Assembly (NCBI GenBank): GCA_965235115.1
Contig: OZ249436.1
Coordinates: 3,288,001-3,352,000 of the forward strand
Length of the DNA stretch: 64,000 nucleotides
Direction of reading: 5' to 3'
Source: Laetmonice hystrix
Lineage: Eukaryota
This document shows, one piece after another, positions 38,701-53,203 of the stretch. The notes beneath the pieces are model-generated. The model saw only the letters and a program-made list of their open reading frames with translations, had not been told where the DNA came from and searched no databases. Made by a program: the position numbers and the translations under genes. Position 1 is the first letter of the stretch. Each line of letters starts with the position of its first letter.

Positions 38701-41700
38701 TGCTCCTCGCCAGTACCTTTGATTTCCACTACCTCACTGTAGTGTTTGCATGGCTACTAGGCCAGTCGGTAAGATGTAGGGACTTCTCACTCTACTGGTT
38801 GGCCTCCCACACTGCTTGGCCTCACAGTGTACTGTTTGGCCTGACTTTACTCTTTGGCCTCACTGTAGTGTTCGCTGGGGTGCTAGGCCAGCCAGTACCT
38901 TGTAGCAATTCCTCACTGTACCGTTGGCCTCCCTGTACCGTTTGCTTGTATACAACAGTAGCCAGTAATATAGGGACGCCTCATGTTTCATGTTTCCATG
39001 CCTTTATTGTCCAGGAGGAAGGCCATACGTTTCGTCTATTATCTACTCCCATCTAATCTATGTCCCCTAGGACCATCTGTAAGCGTGCGAACACGTTGTC
39101 AGGTCGTCCCAATGACTGTTTGCCGTAAAGGTTTAGTTAACAATGGCAAATGACGTTGTACGCCTTTTCTATATCAGATATCCCATCCCCAAGTAAGAAA
39201 CAAACAAAGAAAGAGTACAGAGATTTGCAGGCAAGAAACACCAGGGTGCAGCGCAGCTCTACTGAAGCGGCGGCAGAGGCGGTGACTGCACTGCCATCTT
39301 CCGGCTACCGGTGGAATCACCACGTATACCTGGCCGGGCTGGCGGGCACCTGTGGCTCTTAGGTTAAAGCAATGAGAAGCGAAAAATGGCTACATTTCTG
39401 ATACGTCAAATTGAAACTACGCCCCCCAAAGTTATGATTCTTAGGCCAGATGTATAACTGTCAAACGTATAGGTCTCGTACGTTCGCTACAGTTATATGG
39501 TTGTGATGTGTATACTTCCCATTTGAGTATCTTCTCCAGATTTTAACATTAGATGCTCCTCGCCAGTACCTTTGATTTCCACTACCTCACTGTAGTGTTT
39601 GCATGGCTACTAGGCCAGTCGGTAAGATGTAGGGACTTTTCACTCTACTGGTTGGCCTCCCACACTGCTTGGCCTCACAGTGTACTGTTTGGCCTGACTT
39701 TACTCTTTGGCCTCACTGTAGTGTTCGCTGGGGTGCTAGGCCAGCCAGTACCTTGTAGCGATTTCTCACTGTACCGTTTGTCCTCCCTGTACCGTTTGCT
39801 TGTACACAACAGTAGCCAGTAATATAGGGACGCCTCATGTTTCATGTTTCCATGCCTTTATTGTCCAGGAGGCAGGCCATACGTTTCATCTATCATCTAC
39901 TCCCATCTAATCTGTGTCCCCTAGAGACCATCTGTAAGCGTGCGACAACGTTGTCAGGTCGTCCCAATGACTGTTTGCCGTAGAAGTTTAGTTAACAATG
40001 GCAAATGACGTTGTACGCTTTTTCTATATCAGATATCCCATCCCCAAGTAAGAAACAAACAAAGAAAGAGTACAGAGATTTGCAGGCAAGAAACACCAGG
40101 GTGCAGCGCAGCTCTACTGAAGCGGCGGCAGAGGCGGTGACTGCACTGCCATCTTCCGGCTACCGGTGGAATCACCACGTATACCTGGCCGGGCTGGCGG
40201 GCACCTATGGCTATTAGGTTAAAGCAATGAGAAGCGGAAAATGGCTACATTTCTGATACGTCAAATTGAAACTACGCCCCCCAAAGTTATGATTCTTAGG
40301 CCAGATGTATAACTGTCAAACGTATAGGTCTCGTACGTTCGCTACAGATATATGGTTGTGATGTGTATACTTCCCATTTGAGTATCTTCTCCAGATTTTA
40401 ACATTAGATGCTCCTCGCCAGTACCTTTGATTTCCACTACCTCACTGTAGTGTTTGCATGGCTACTAGGCCAGTCGGTAAGATGTAGGGACTTCTCACTC
40501 TACTGGTTGGCCTCCCACACTGCTTGGCCTCACAGTGTACTGTTTGGCCTGACTTTACTCTTTGGCCTCACTGTAGTGTTCGCTGGGGTGCTAGGCCAGC
40601 CAGTACCTTGTAGCAATTCCTCACTGTACCGTTGGCCTCCCTGTACCGTTTGCTTGTATACAACAGTAGCCAGTAATATAGGGACGCCTCATGTTTCATG
40701 TTTCCATGCCTTTATTGTCCAGGAGGCAGGCCATACGTTTCGTCTATTATCTACTCCCATCTAATCTATGTCCCCTAGGACCATCTGTAAGCGTGCGAAC
40801 ACGTTGTCAGGTCGTCCCAATGACTGTTTGCCGTAAAGGTTTAGTTAACAATGGCAAATGACGTTGTACGCCTTTTCTATATCAGATGTCCCATCCCCAA
40901 GTAAGAAACAAAGAAAGAAAGAGTACAGAGATTTGCAGGCAAGAAACACCAGGGTGCAACGCAGCTCTACTGAAGCGGCGGCAGAGGCGGTGACTGCACT
41001 GCCATCTTCCGGCTACCGGTGGAATCACCACGTATACCTGGCCGGGCTGGCGGGCACCTGTGGCTCTTAGGTTAAAGCAATGAGAAGCGAAAAATGGCTA
41101 CATTTCTGATACGTCAAATTAAAACTACGCCCCCCAAGGTTATGATTCTTAGGCCAGATGTATAACTGCCAAACGTATAGGTCTCGTACGTTCGCTACAG
41201 ATATATGGTTGTGATGTGTATACTTCCCATTTGAGTATCTTCTCCAGATTTTAACATTAGATGCTCCTCGCCAGTACCTTTGATTTCCACTACCTCACTG
41301 TAGTGTTTGCATGGCTACTAGGCCAGTCGGTAAGATGTAGGGACTTCTCACTCTACTGGTTGGCCTCCCACACTGCTTGGCCTCACAGTGTACTGTTTGG
41401 CCTGACTTTACTCTTTGGCCTCACTGTAGTGTTCGCTGGGGTGCTAGGCCAGCCAGTACCTTGTAGCGATTTTTCACTGTACCGTTTGTCCTCCCTGTAC
41501 CGTTTGCTTGTACACAACAGTAGCCAGTAATATAGGGACGCCTCATGTTTCATGTTTCCATGCCTTTATTGTCCAGGAGGCAGGCCATACGTTTCATCTA
41601 TCATCTACTCCCATCTAATCTGTGTCCCCTAGAGACCATCTGTAAGCGTGCGACAACGTTGTCAGGTCGTCCCAATGACTGTTTGCCGTAGAAGTTTAGT

Positions 41701-44700
41701 TAACAATGGCAAATGACGTTGTACGCTTTTTCTATATCAGATATCCCATCCCCAAGTAAGAAACAAACAAAGAAAGAGTACAGAGATTTGCAGGCAAGAA
41801 ATACCAGGGTGCAGCGCAGCTCTACTGAAGCGGCGGCAGAGGCGGTGACTGCACTGCCATCTTCCGGCTACCGGTGGAATCACCACGTATACCTGGCCGG
41901 GCTGGCGGGCACCTGTGGCTCTTAGGTTAAAGCAATGAGAAGCGAAAAATGGCTACATTTCTGATACGTCAAATTAAAACTACGCCCCCCAAGGTTATGA
42001 TTCTTAGGCCAGATGTATAACTGCCAAACGTATAGGTCTCGTACGTTCGCTACAGATATATGGTTGTGATGTGTATACTTCCCATTTGAGTATCTTCTCC
42101 AGATTTTAACATTAGATGCTCCTCGCCAGTACCTTTGATTTCCACTACCTCACTGTAGTGTTTGCATGGCTACTAGGCCAGTCGGTAAGATGTAGGGACT
42201 TCTCACTCTACTGGTTGGCCTCCCACACTGCTTGGCCTCACAGTGTACTGTTTGGCCTGACTTTACTCTTTGGCCTCACTGTAGTGTTCGCTGGGGTGCT
42301 AGGCCAGCCAGTACCTTGTAGCAATTCCTCACTGTACCGTTGGCCTCCCTGTACCGTTTGCTTGTATACAACAGTAGCCAGTAATATAGGGACGCCTCAT
42401 GTTTCATGTTTCCATGCCTTTATTGTCCAGGAGGAAGGCCATACGTTTCGTCTATTATCTACTCCCATCTAATCTATGTCCCCTAGGACCATCTGTAAGC
42501 GTGCGAACACGTTGTCAGGTCGTCCCAATGACTGTTTGCCGTAAAGGTTTAGTTAACAATGGCAAATGACGTTGTACGCCTTTTCTATATCAGATATCCC
42601 ATCCCCAAGTAAGAAACAAACAAAGAAAGAGTACAGAGATTTGCAGGCAAGAAACACCAGGGTGCAGCGCAGCTCTACTGAAGCGGCGGCAGAGGCGGTG
42701 ACTGCACTGCCATCTTCCGGCTACCGGTGGAATCACCACGTATACCTGGCCGGGCTGGCGGGCACCTGTGGCTCTTAGGTTAAAGCAATGAGAAGCGAAA
42801 AATGGCTACATTTCTGATACGTCAAATTGAAACTACGCCCCCCAAAGTTATGATTCTTAGGCCAGATGTATAACTGTCAAACGTATAGGTCTCGTACGTT
42901 CGCTACAGTTATATGGTTGTGATGTGTATACTTCCCATTTGAGTATCTTCTCCAGATTTTAACATTAGATGCTCCTCGCCAGTACCTTTGATTTCCACTA
43001 CCTCACTGTAGTGTTTGCATGGCTACTAGGCCAGTCGGTAAGATGTAGGGACTTCTCACTCTACTGGTTGGCCTCCCACACTGCTTGGCCTCACAGTGTA
43101 CTGTTTGGCCTGACTTTACTCTTTGGCCTCACTGTAGTGTTCGCTGGGGTGCTAGGCCAGCCAGTACCTTGTAGCGATTTTTCACTGTACCGTTTGTCCT
43201 CCCTGTACCGTTTGCTTGTACACAACAGTGGCCAGTAATATAGGGACGCCTCATGTTTCATGTTTCCATGCCTTTATTGTCCAGGAGGCAGGCCATACGT
43301 TTCATCTATCATCTACTCCCATCTAATCTGTGTCCCCTAGAGACCATCTGTAAGCGTGCGACAACGTTGTCAGGTCGTCCCAATGACTGTTTGCCGTAGA
43401 AGTTTAGTTAACAATGGCAAATGACGTTGTACGCTTTTTCTATATCAGATATCCCATCCCCAAGTAAGAAACAAACAAAGAAAGAGTACAGAGATTTGCA
43501 GGCAAGAAATACCAGGGTGCAGCGCAGCTCTACTGAAGCGGCGGCAGAGGCGGTGACTGCACTGCCATCTTCCGGCTACCGGTGGAATCACCACGTATAC
43601 CTGGCCGGGCTGGCGGGCACCTATGGCTATTAGGTTAAAGCAATGAGAAGCGGAAAATGGCTACATTTCTGATACGTCAAATTGAAACTACGCCCCCCAA
43701 AGTTATGATTCTTAGGCCAGATGTATAACTGTCAAACGTATAGGTCTCGTACGTTCGCTACAGATATATGGTTGTGATGTGTATACTTCCCATTTGAGTA
43801 TCTTCTCCAGATTTTAACATTAGATGCTCCTCGCCAGTACCTTTGATTTCCACTACCTCACTGTAGTGTTTGCATGGCTACTAGGCCAGTCGGTAAGATG
43901 TAGGGACTTCTCACTCTACTGGTTGGCCTCCCACACTGCTTGGCCTCACAGTGTACTGTTTGGCCTGACTTTACTCTTTGGCCTCACTGTAGTGTTCGCT
44001 GGGGTGCTAGGCCAGCCAGTACCTTGTAGCAATTCCTCACTGTACCGTTGGCCTCCCTGTACCGTTTGCTTGTATACAACAGTAGCCAGTAATATAGGGA
44101 CGCCTCATGTTTCATGTTTCCATGCCTTTATTGTCCAGGAGGCAGGCCATACGTTTCGTCTATTATCTACTCCCATCTAATCTATGTCCCCTAGGACCAT
44201 CTGTAAGCGTGCGAACACGTTGTCAGGTCGTCCCAATGACTGTTTGCCGTAAAGGTTTAGTTAACAATGGCAAATGACGTTGTACGCCTTTTCTATATCA
44301 GATGTCCCATCCCCAAGTAAGAAACAAAGAAAGAAAGAGTACAGAGATTTGCAGGCAAGAAACACCCGGGTGCAGCGCAGCTCTACTGAAGCGGCGGCAG
44401 AGGCGGTGACTGCACTGCCATCTTCCGGCTACCGGTGGAATCACCACGTATACCTGGCCGGGCTGGCGGGCACCTGTGGCTCTTAGGTTAAAGCAATGAG
44501 CAGCGGAAAATGGCTACATTTCTGATACGTCAAATTGAAACTACGCCCCCCAAAGTTATGATTCTTAGGCCAGATGTATAACTGTCAAACGTATAGGTCT
44601 CGTACGTTCGCTACAGATATATGGTTGTGATGTGTATACTTACCATTTGAGTATCTTCTCCAGATTTTACCATTAGATGCTCCTCGCCAGTACCTTTGAT

Positions 44701-47700
44701 TTCCACTACCTCACTATAGTGTTTGCATGGCTACTAGGCCAGTCGGTAAGATGTAGGGACTTCTCACTCTACTGGTTGGCCTCCCACACTGCTTGGCCTC
44801 ACAGTGTACTGTTTGGCCTGACTTTACTCTTTGGCCTCACTGTAGTGTTCGCTGGGCTGCTAGGCCAGCCAGTACCTTGTAGCGATTCCTCACTGTACCG
44901 TTTGTCCTCCCTGTACCGTTTGCTTGTACACAACAGTAGCCAGTAATATAGGGACGCCTCATGTTTCATGTTTCCATGCCTTTATTGTCCAGGAGGCAGG
45001 CCATACGTTTCATCTATCATCTACTCCCATCTAATCTGTGTCCCCTAGAGACCATCTGTAAGCGTGCGACAACGTTGTCAGGTCGTCCCAATGACTGTTT
45101 GCCGTAGAAGTTTAGTTAACAATGGCAAATGACGTTGTACGCCTTTTCTATATCAGATATCCCATCCCCAAGTAAGAAACAAACAAAGAAAGAGTACAGA
45201 GATTTGCAGGCAAGAAACACCAGGGTACAGCGCAGCTCTACTGAAGCGGCGGCAGAGGCGGTGACTGCACTGCCATCTTCCGGCTACCGGTGGAATCACC
45301 ACGTATACCTGGCCGGGCTGGCGGGCACCTATGGCTATTAGGTTAAAGCAATGAGAAGCGGAAAATGGCTCCATTTCTGAAACGTCAAATTGAAACTACG
45401 CCCCCCAAAGTTCTTAGGCCAGATGTATAACTGTCAAACGTATAGGTCTCGTACGTTCGCTCCAGATATATGGTTGTGATGTGTATACTTCCCATTTGAG
45501 GATCTTCTACAGATTTTAACATTAGATGCTCCTCGCCTGTACCTTTCATTTCCACTACCTTACTGTAGTGCTTGCATGGCTACTAGGCCAGTCGGTAAGA
45601 TGCAGGGACTTCTCACTCTACTCGTTGGCCTCCCACACTGCTTGGCCTCACAGTGTACTGTTTGGCCTGACTTTACTCTTTGGCCTCACTGTAGTGTTCG
45701 CTGGGGTGCTAGGCCAGCCAGTACCTTGTAGCAATTCCTCACTGTACCGTTGGCCTCCCTGTACCGTTTGCTTGTATACAACAGTAGCCAGTAATATAGG
45801 GACGCCTCATGTTTCATGTTTCCATGCCTTTATTGTCCAGGAGGCAGGCCATACGTTTCGTCTATTATCTACTCCCATCTAATCTATGTCCCCTAGGACC
45901 ATCTGTAAGCGTGCGAACACGTTGTCAGGTCGTCCCAATGACTGTTTGCCGTAAAGGTTTAGTTAACAATGGCAAATGACGTTGTACGCCTTTTCTATAT
46001 CAGATATCCCATCCCCAAGTAAGAAACAAACAAAGAAAAAGTACAGAGATTTGCAGGCAAGAAACACCAGGGTGCAGCGCAGCTCTACTGAAGCGGCGGC
46101 AGAGGCGGTGACTGCACTGCCATCTTCCGGCTACCGGTGGAATCACCACGTATACCTGGCCGGGCTGGCGGGCACCTGTGGCTCTTAGGTTAAAGCAATG
46201 AGAAGCGAAAAATGGCTACATTTCTGATACGTCAAATTAAAACTACGCCCCCCAAGGTTATGATTCTTAGGCCAGATGTATAACTGTCAAACGTATAGGT
46301 CTCGTACGTTCGCTACAGATATATGGTTGTGATGTGTATACTTCCCATTTGAGTATCTTCTCCAGATTTTAACATTAGATGCTCCTCGCCAGTACCTTTG
46401 ATTTCCACTACCTCACTGTAGTGTTTGCATGGCTACTAGGCCAGTCGGTAAGATGTAGGGACTTCTCACTCTACTGGTTGGCCTCCCACACTGCTTGGCC
46501 TCACAGTGTACTGTTTGGCCTGACTTTACTCTTTGGCCTCACTGTAGTGTTCGCTGGGGTGCTAGGCCAGCCAGTACCTTGTAGCAATTCCTCACTGTAC
46601 CGTTGGCCTCCCTGTACCGTTTGCTTGTATACAACAGTAGCCAGTAATATAGGGACGCCTCATGTTTCATGTTTCCATGCCTTTATTGTCCAGGAGGAAG
46701 GCCATACGTTTCGTCTATTATCTACTCCCATCTAATCTATGTCCCCTAGGACCATCTGTAAGCGTGCGAACACGTTGTCAGGTCGTCCCAATGACTGTTT
46801 GCCGTAAAGGTTTAGTTAACAATGGCAAATGACGTTGTACGCCTTTTCTATATCAGATATCCCATCCCCAAGTAAGAAACAAACAAAGAAAGAGTACAGA
46901 GATTTGCAGGCAAGAAACACCAGGGTGCAGCGCAGCTCTACTGAAGCGGCGGCAGAGGCGGTGACTGCACTGCCATCTTCCGGCTACCGGTGGAATCACC
47001 ACGTATACCTGGCCGGGCTGGCGGGCACCTGTGGCTCTTAGGTTAAAGCAATGAGAAGCGAAAAATGGCTACATTTCTGATACGTCAAATTGAAACTACG
47101 CCCCCCAAAGTTATGATTCTTAGGCCAGATGTATAACTGTCAAACGTATAGGTCTCGTACGTTCGCTACAGTTATATGGTTGTGATGTGTATACTTCCCA
47201 TTTGAGTATCTTCTCCAGATTTTAACATTAGATGCTCCTCGCCAGTACCTTTGATTTCCACTACCTCACTGTAGTGTTTGCATGGCTACTAGGCCAGTCG
47301 GTAAGATGTAGGGACTTTTCACTCTACTGGTTGGCCTCCCACACTGCTTGGCCTCACAGTGTACTGTTTGGCCTGACTTTACTCTTTGGCCTCACTGTAG
47401 TGTTCGCTGGGGTGCTAGGCCAGCCAGTACCTTGTAGCGATTTCTCACTGTACCGTTTGTCCTCCCTGTACCGTTTGCTTGTACACAACAGTAGCCAGTA
47501 ATATAGGGACGCCTCATGTTTCATGTTTCCATGCCTTTATTGTCCAGGAGGCAGGCCATACGTTTCATCTATCATCTACTCCCATCTAATCTGTGTCCCC
47601 TAGAGACCATCTGTAAGCGTGCGACAACGTTGTCAGGTCGTCCCAATGACTGTTTGCCGTAGAAGTTTAGTTAACAATGGCAAATGACGTTGTACGCTTT

Positions 47701-50700
47701 TTCTATATCAGATATCCCATCCCCAAGTAAGAAACAAACAAAGAAAGAGTACAGAGATTTGCAGGCAAGAAACACCAGGGTGCAGCGCAGCTCTACTGAA
47801 GCGGCGGCAGAGGCGGTGACTGCACTGCCATCTTCCGGCTACCGGTGGAATCACCACGTATACCTGGCCGGGCTGGCGGGCACCTATGGCTATTAGGTTA
47901 AAGCAATGAGAAGCGGAAAATGGCTACATTTCTGATACGTCAAATTGAAACTACGCCCCCCAAAGTTATGATTCTTAGGCCAGATGTATAACTGTCAAAC
48001 GTATAGGTCTCGTACGTTCGCTCCAGATATATGGTTGTGATGTGTATACTTCCCATTTGAGTATCTTCTCCAGATTTTAACATTAGATGCTCCTCGCCAG
48101 TACCTTTGATTTCCACTACCTCACTGTAGTGTTTGCATGGCTACTAGGCCAGTCGGTAAGATGTAGGGACTTCTCACTCTACTGGTTGGCCTCCCACACT
48201 GCTTGGCCTCACAGTGTACTGTTTGGCCTGACTTTACTCTTTGGCCTCACTGTAGTGTTCGCTGGGGTGCTAGGCCAGCCAGTACCTTGTAGCAATTCCT
48301 CACTGTACCGTTGGCCTCCCTGTACCGTTTGCTTGTATACAACAGTAGCCAGTAATATAGGGACGCCTCATGTTTCATGTTTCCATGCCTTTATTGTCCA
48401 GGAGGCAGGCCATACGTTTCGTCTATTATCTACTCCCATCTAATCTATGTCCCCTAGGACCATCTGTAAGCGTGCGAACACGTTGTCAGGTCGTCCCAAT
48501 GACTGTTTGCCGTAAAGGTTTAGTTAACAATGGCAAATGACGTTGTACGCCTTTTCTATATCAGATGTCCCATCCCCAAGTAAGAAACAAAGAAAGAAAG
48601 AGTACAGAGATTTGCAGGCAAGAAACACCAGGGTGCAACGCAGCTCTACTGAAGCGGCGGCAGAGGCGGTGACTGCACTGCCATCTTCCGGCTACCGGTG
48701 GAATCACCACGTATACCTGGCCGGGCTGGCGGGCACCTGTGGCTCTTAGGTTAAAGCAATGAGAAGCGAAAAATGGCTACATTTCTGATACGTCAAATTA
48801 AAACTACGCCCCCCAAGGTTATGATTCTTAGGCCAGATGTATAACTGCCAAACGTATAGGTCTCGTACGTTCGCTACAGATATATGGTTGTGATGTGTAT
48901 ACTTCCCATTTGAGTATCTTCTCCAGATTTTAACATTAGATGCTCCTCGCCAGTACCTTTGATTTCCACTACCTCACTGTAGTGTTTGCATGGCTACTAG
49001 GCCAGTCGGTAAGATGTAGGGACTTCTCACTCTACTGGTTGGCCTCCCACACTGCTTGGCCTCACAGTGTACTGTTTGGCCTGACTTTACTCTTTGGCCT
49101 CACTGTAGTGTTCGCTGGGGTGCTAGGCCAGCCAGTACCTTGTAGCGATTTTTCACTGTACCGTTTGTCCTCCCTGTACCGTTTGCTTGTACACAACAGT
49201 GGCCAGTAATATAGGGACGCCTCATGTTTCATGTTTCCATGCCTTTATTGTCCAGGAGGCAGGCCATACGTTTCATCTATCATCTACTCCCATCTAATCT
49301 GTGTCCCCTAGAGACCATCTGTAAGCGTGCGACAACGTTGTCAGGTCGTCCCAATGACTGTTTGCCGTAGAAGTTTAGTTAACAATGGCAAATGACGTTG
49401 TACGCTTTTTCTATATCAGATATCCCATCCCCAAGTAAGAAACAAACAAAGAAAGAGTACAGAGATTTGCAGGCAAGAAATACCAGGGTGCAGCGCAGCT
49501 CTACTGAAGCGGCGGCAGAGGCGGTGACTGCACTGCCATCTTCCGGCTACCGGTGGAATCACCACGTATACCTGGCCGGGCTGGCGGGCACCTGTGGCTC
49601 TTAGGTTAAAGCAATGAGAAGCGAAAAATGGCTACATTTCTGATACGTCAAATTAAAACTACGCCCCCCAAGGTTATGATTCTTAGGCCAGATGTATAAC
49701 TGCCAAACGTATAGGTCTCGTACGTTCGCTACAGATATATGGTTGTGATGTGTATACTTCCCATTTGAGTATCTTCTCCAGATTTTAACATTAGATGCTC
49801 CTCGCCAGTACCTTTGATTTCCACTACCTCACTGTAGTGTTTGCATGGCTACTAGGCCAGTCGGTAAGATGTAGGGACTTCTCACTCTACTGGTTGGCCT
49901 CCCACACTGCTTGGCCTCACAGTGTACTGTTTGGCCTGACTTTACTCTTTGGCCTCACTGTAGTGTTCGCTGGGGTGCTAGGCCAGCCAGTACCTTGTAG
50001 CAATTCCTCACTGTACCGTTGGCCTCCCTGTACCGTTTGCTTGTATACAACAGTAGCCAGTAATATAGGGACGCCTCATGTTTCATGTTTCCATGCCTTT
50101 ATTGTCCAGGAGGAAGGCCATACGTTTCGTCTATTATCTACTCCCATCTAATCTATGTCCCCTAGGACCATCTGTAAGCGTGCGAACACGTTGTCAGGTC
50201 GTCCCAATGACTGTTTGCCGTAAAGGTTTAGTTAACAATGGCAAATGACGTTGTACGCCTTTTCTATATCAGATATCCCATCCCCAAGTAAGAAACAAAC
50301 AAAGAAAGAGTACAGAGATTTGCAGGCAAGAAACACCAGGGTGCAGCGCAGCTCTACTGAAGCGGCGGCAGAGGCGGTGACTGCACTGCCATCTTCCGGC
50401 TACCGGTGGAATCACCACGTATACCTGGCCGGGCTGGCGGGCACCTGTGGCTCTTAGGTTAAAGCAATGAGAAGCGAAAAATGGCTACATTTCTGATACG
50501 TCAAATTGAAACTACGCCCCCCAAAGTTATGATTCTTAGGCCAGATGTATAACTGTCAAACGTATAGGTCTCGTACGTTCGCTACAGTTATATGGTTGTG
50601 ATGTGTATACTTCCCATTTGAGTATCTTCTCCAGATTTTAACATTAGATGCTCCTCGCCAGTACCTTTGATTTCCACTACCTCACTGTAGTGTTTGCATG

Positions 50701-51099
50701 GCTACTAGGCCAGTCGGTAAGATGTAGGGACTTCTCACTCTACTGGTTGGCCTCCCACACTGCTTGGCCTCACAGTGTACTGTTTGGCCTGACTTTACTC
50801 TTTGGCCTCACTGTAGTGTTCGCTGGGGTGCTAGGCCAGCCAGTACCTTGTAGCGATTTTTCACTGTACCGTTTGTCCTCCCTGTACCGTTTGCTTGTAC
50901 ACAACAGTGGCCAGTAATATAGGGACGCCTCATGTTTCATGTTTCCATGCCTTTATTGTCCAGGAGGCAGGCCATACGTTTCATCTATCATCTACTCCCA
51001 TCTAATCTGTGTCCCCTAGAGACCATCTGTAAGCGTGCGACAACGTTGTCAGGTCGTCCCAATGACTGTTTGCCGTAGAAGTTTAGTTAACAATGGCAA
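35742..51099. repeat. Higher-order repeat: two copies of a different 9-monomer block (period 7679 bp)
   Basis: Variants recur at +7679: CCCGGG plus GCGATTCC unit 36595/44274; deletion plus CTGAAACG unit 37450/45129; AAGAAAAAG unit 38297/45976; GGACTTTT unit 39150/46829. Confidence 0.88.
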
Positions 51100-53203
51100 A
51101 TGACGTTGTACGCTTTTTCTATATCAGATATCCCATCCCCAAGTAAGAAACAAACAAAGAAAGAGTACAGAGATTTGCAGGCAAGAAATACCAGGGTGCA
51201 GCGCAGCTCTACTGAAGCGGCGGCAGAGGCGGTGACTGCACTGCCATCTTCCGGCTACCGGTGGAATCACCACGTATACCTGGCCGGGCTGGCGGGCACC
51301 TATGGCTATTAGGTTAAAGCAATGAGAAGCGGAAAATGGCTACATTTCTGATACGTCAAATTGAAACTACGCCCCCCAAAGTTATGATTCTTAGGCCAGA
51401 TGTATAACTGTCAAACGTATAGGTCTCGTACGTTCGCTACAGATATATGGTTGTGATGTGTATACTTCCCATTTGAGTATCTTCTCCAGATTTTAACATT
51501 AGATGCTCCTCGCCAGTACCTTTGATTTCCACTACCTCACTGTAGTGTTTGCATGGCTACTAGGCCAGTCGGTAAGATGTAGGGACTTCTCACTCTACTG
51601 GTTGGCCTCCCACACTGCTTGGCCTCACAGTGTACTGTTTGGCCTGACTTTACTCTTTGGCCTCACTGTAGTGTTCGCTGGGGTGCTAGGCCAGCCAGTA
51701 CCTTGTAGCAATTCCTCACTGTACCGTTGGCCTCCCTGTACCGTTTGCTTGTATACAACCGTAGCCAGTAATATAGGGACGCCTCATGTTTCATGTTTCC
51801 ATGCCTTTATTGTCCAGGAGGCAGGCCATACGTTTCATCTATCATCTACTCCCATCTAATCTGTGTCCCCTAGAGACCATCTGTAAGCGTGCGACAACGT
51901 TGTCAGGTCGTCCCAATGACTGTTTGCCGTAGAAGTTTAGTTAACAATGGCAAATGACGTTGTACGCCTTTTCTATATCAGATATCCCATCCCCAAGTAA
52001 GAAACAAACAAAGAAAGAGTACAGAGATTTGCAGGCAAGAAACACCAGGGTGCAGCGCAGCTCTACTGAAGCGGCGGCAGAGGCGGTGACTGCACTGCCA
52101 TCTTCCGGCTACCGGTGGAATCACCACGTATACCTGGCCGGGCTGGCGGGCACCTATGGCTATTAGGTTAAAGCAATGAGAAGCGGAAAATGGCTCCATT
52201 TCTGATACGTCAAATTGAAACTACGCCCCCCAAAGTTCTTAGGCCAGATGTATAACTGTCAAACGTATAGGTCTCGTACGTTCGCTCCAGATATATGGTT
52301 GTGATGTGTATACTTCCCATTTGAGGATCTTCTACAGATTTTAACATTAGATGCTCCTCGCCTGTACCTTTCATTTCCACTACCTTACTGTAGTGCTTGC
52401 ATGGCTACTAGGCCAGTCGGTAAGATGCAGGGACTTCTCACTCTACTCGTTGGCCTCCCACACTGCTTGGCCTCACAGTGTACTGTTTGGCCTGACTTTA
52501 CTCTTTGGCCTCACTGTAGTGTTCGCTGGGGTGCTAGGCCAGCCAGTACCTTGTAGCAATTCCTCACTGTACCGTTGGCCTCCCTGTACCGTTTGCTTGT
52601 ATACAACAGTAGCCAGTAATATAGGGACGCCTCATGTTTCATGTTTCCATGCCTTTATTGTCCAGGAGGCAGGCCATACGTTTCGTCTATTATCTACTCC
52701 CATCTAATCTATGTCCCCTAGGACCATCTGTAAGCGTGCGAACACGTTGTCAGGTCGTCCCAATGACTGTTTGCCGTAAAGGTTTAGTTAACAATGGCAA
52801 ATGACGTTGTACGCCTTTTCTATATCAGATATCCCATCCCTAAGTAAGAAACAAACAAAGAAAGAGTACAGAGATTTGCAGGCAAGAAACACCAGGGTGC
52901 AGCGCAGCTCTACTGAAGCGGCGGCAGAGGCGGTGACTGCACTGCCATCTTCCGGCTACCGGTGGAATCACCACGTATACCTGGCCGGGCTGGCGGGCAC
53001 CTGTGGCTCTTAGGTTAAAGCAATGAGAAGCGAAAAATGGCTACATTTCTGATACGTCAAATTAAAACTACGCCCCCGAAGGTTATGATTCTTAGGCCAG
53101 ATGTATAACTGTCAAACGTATAGGTCTCGTACGTTCGCTACAGATATATGGTTGTGATGTGTATACTTCCCATTTGAGTATCTTCTCCAGATTTTAACAT
53201 TAG

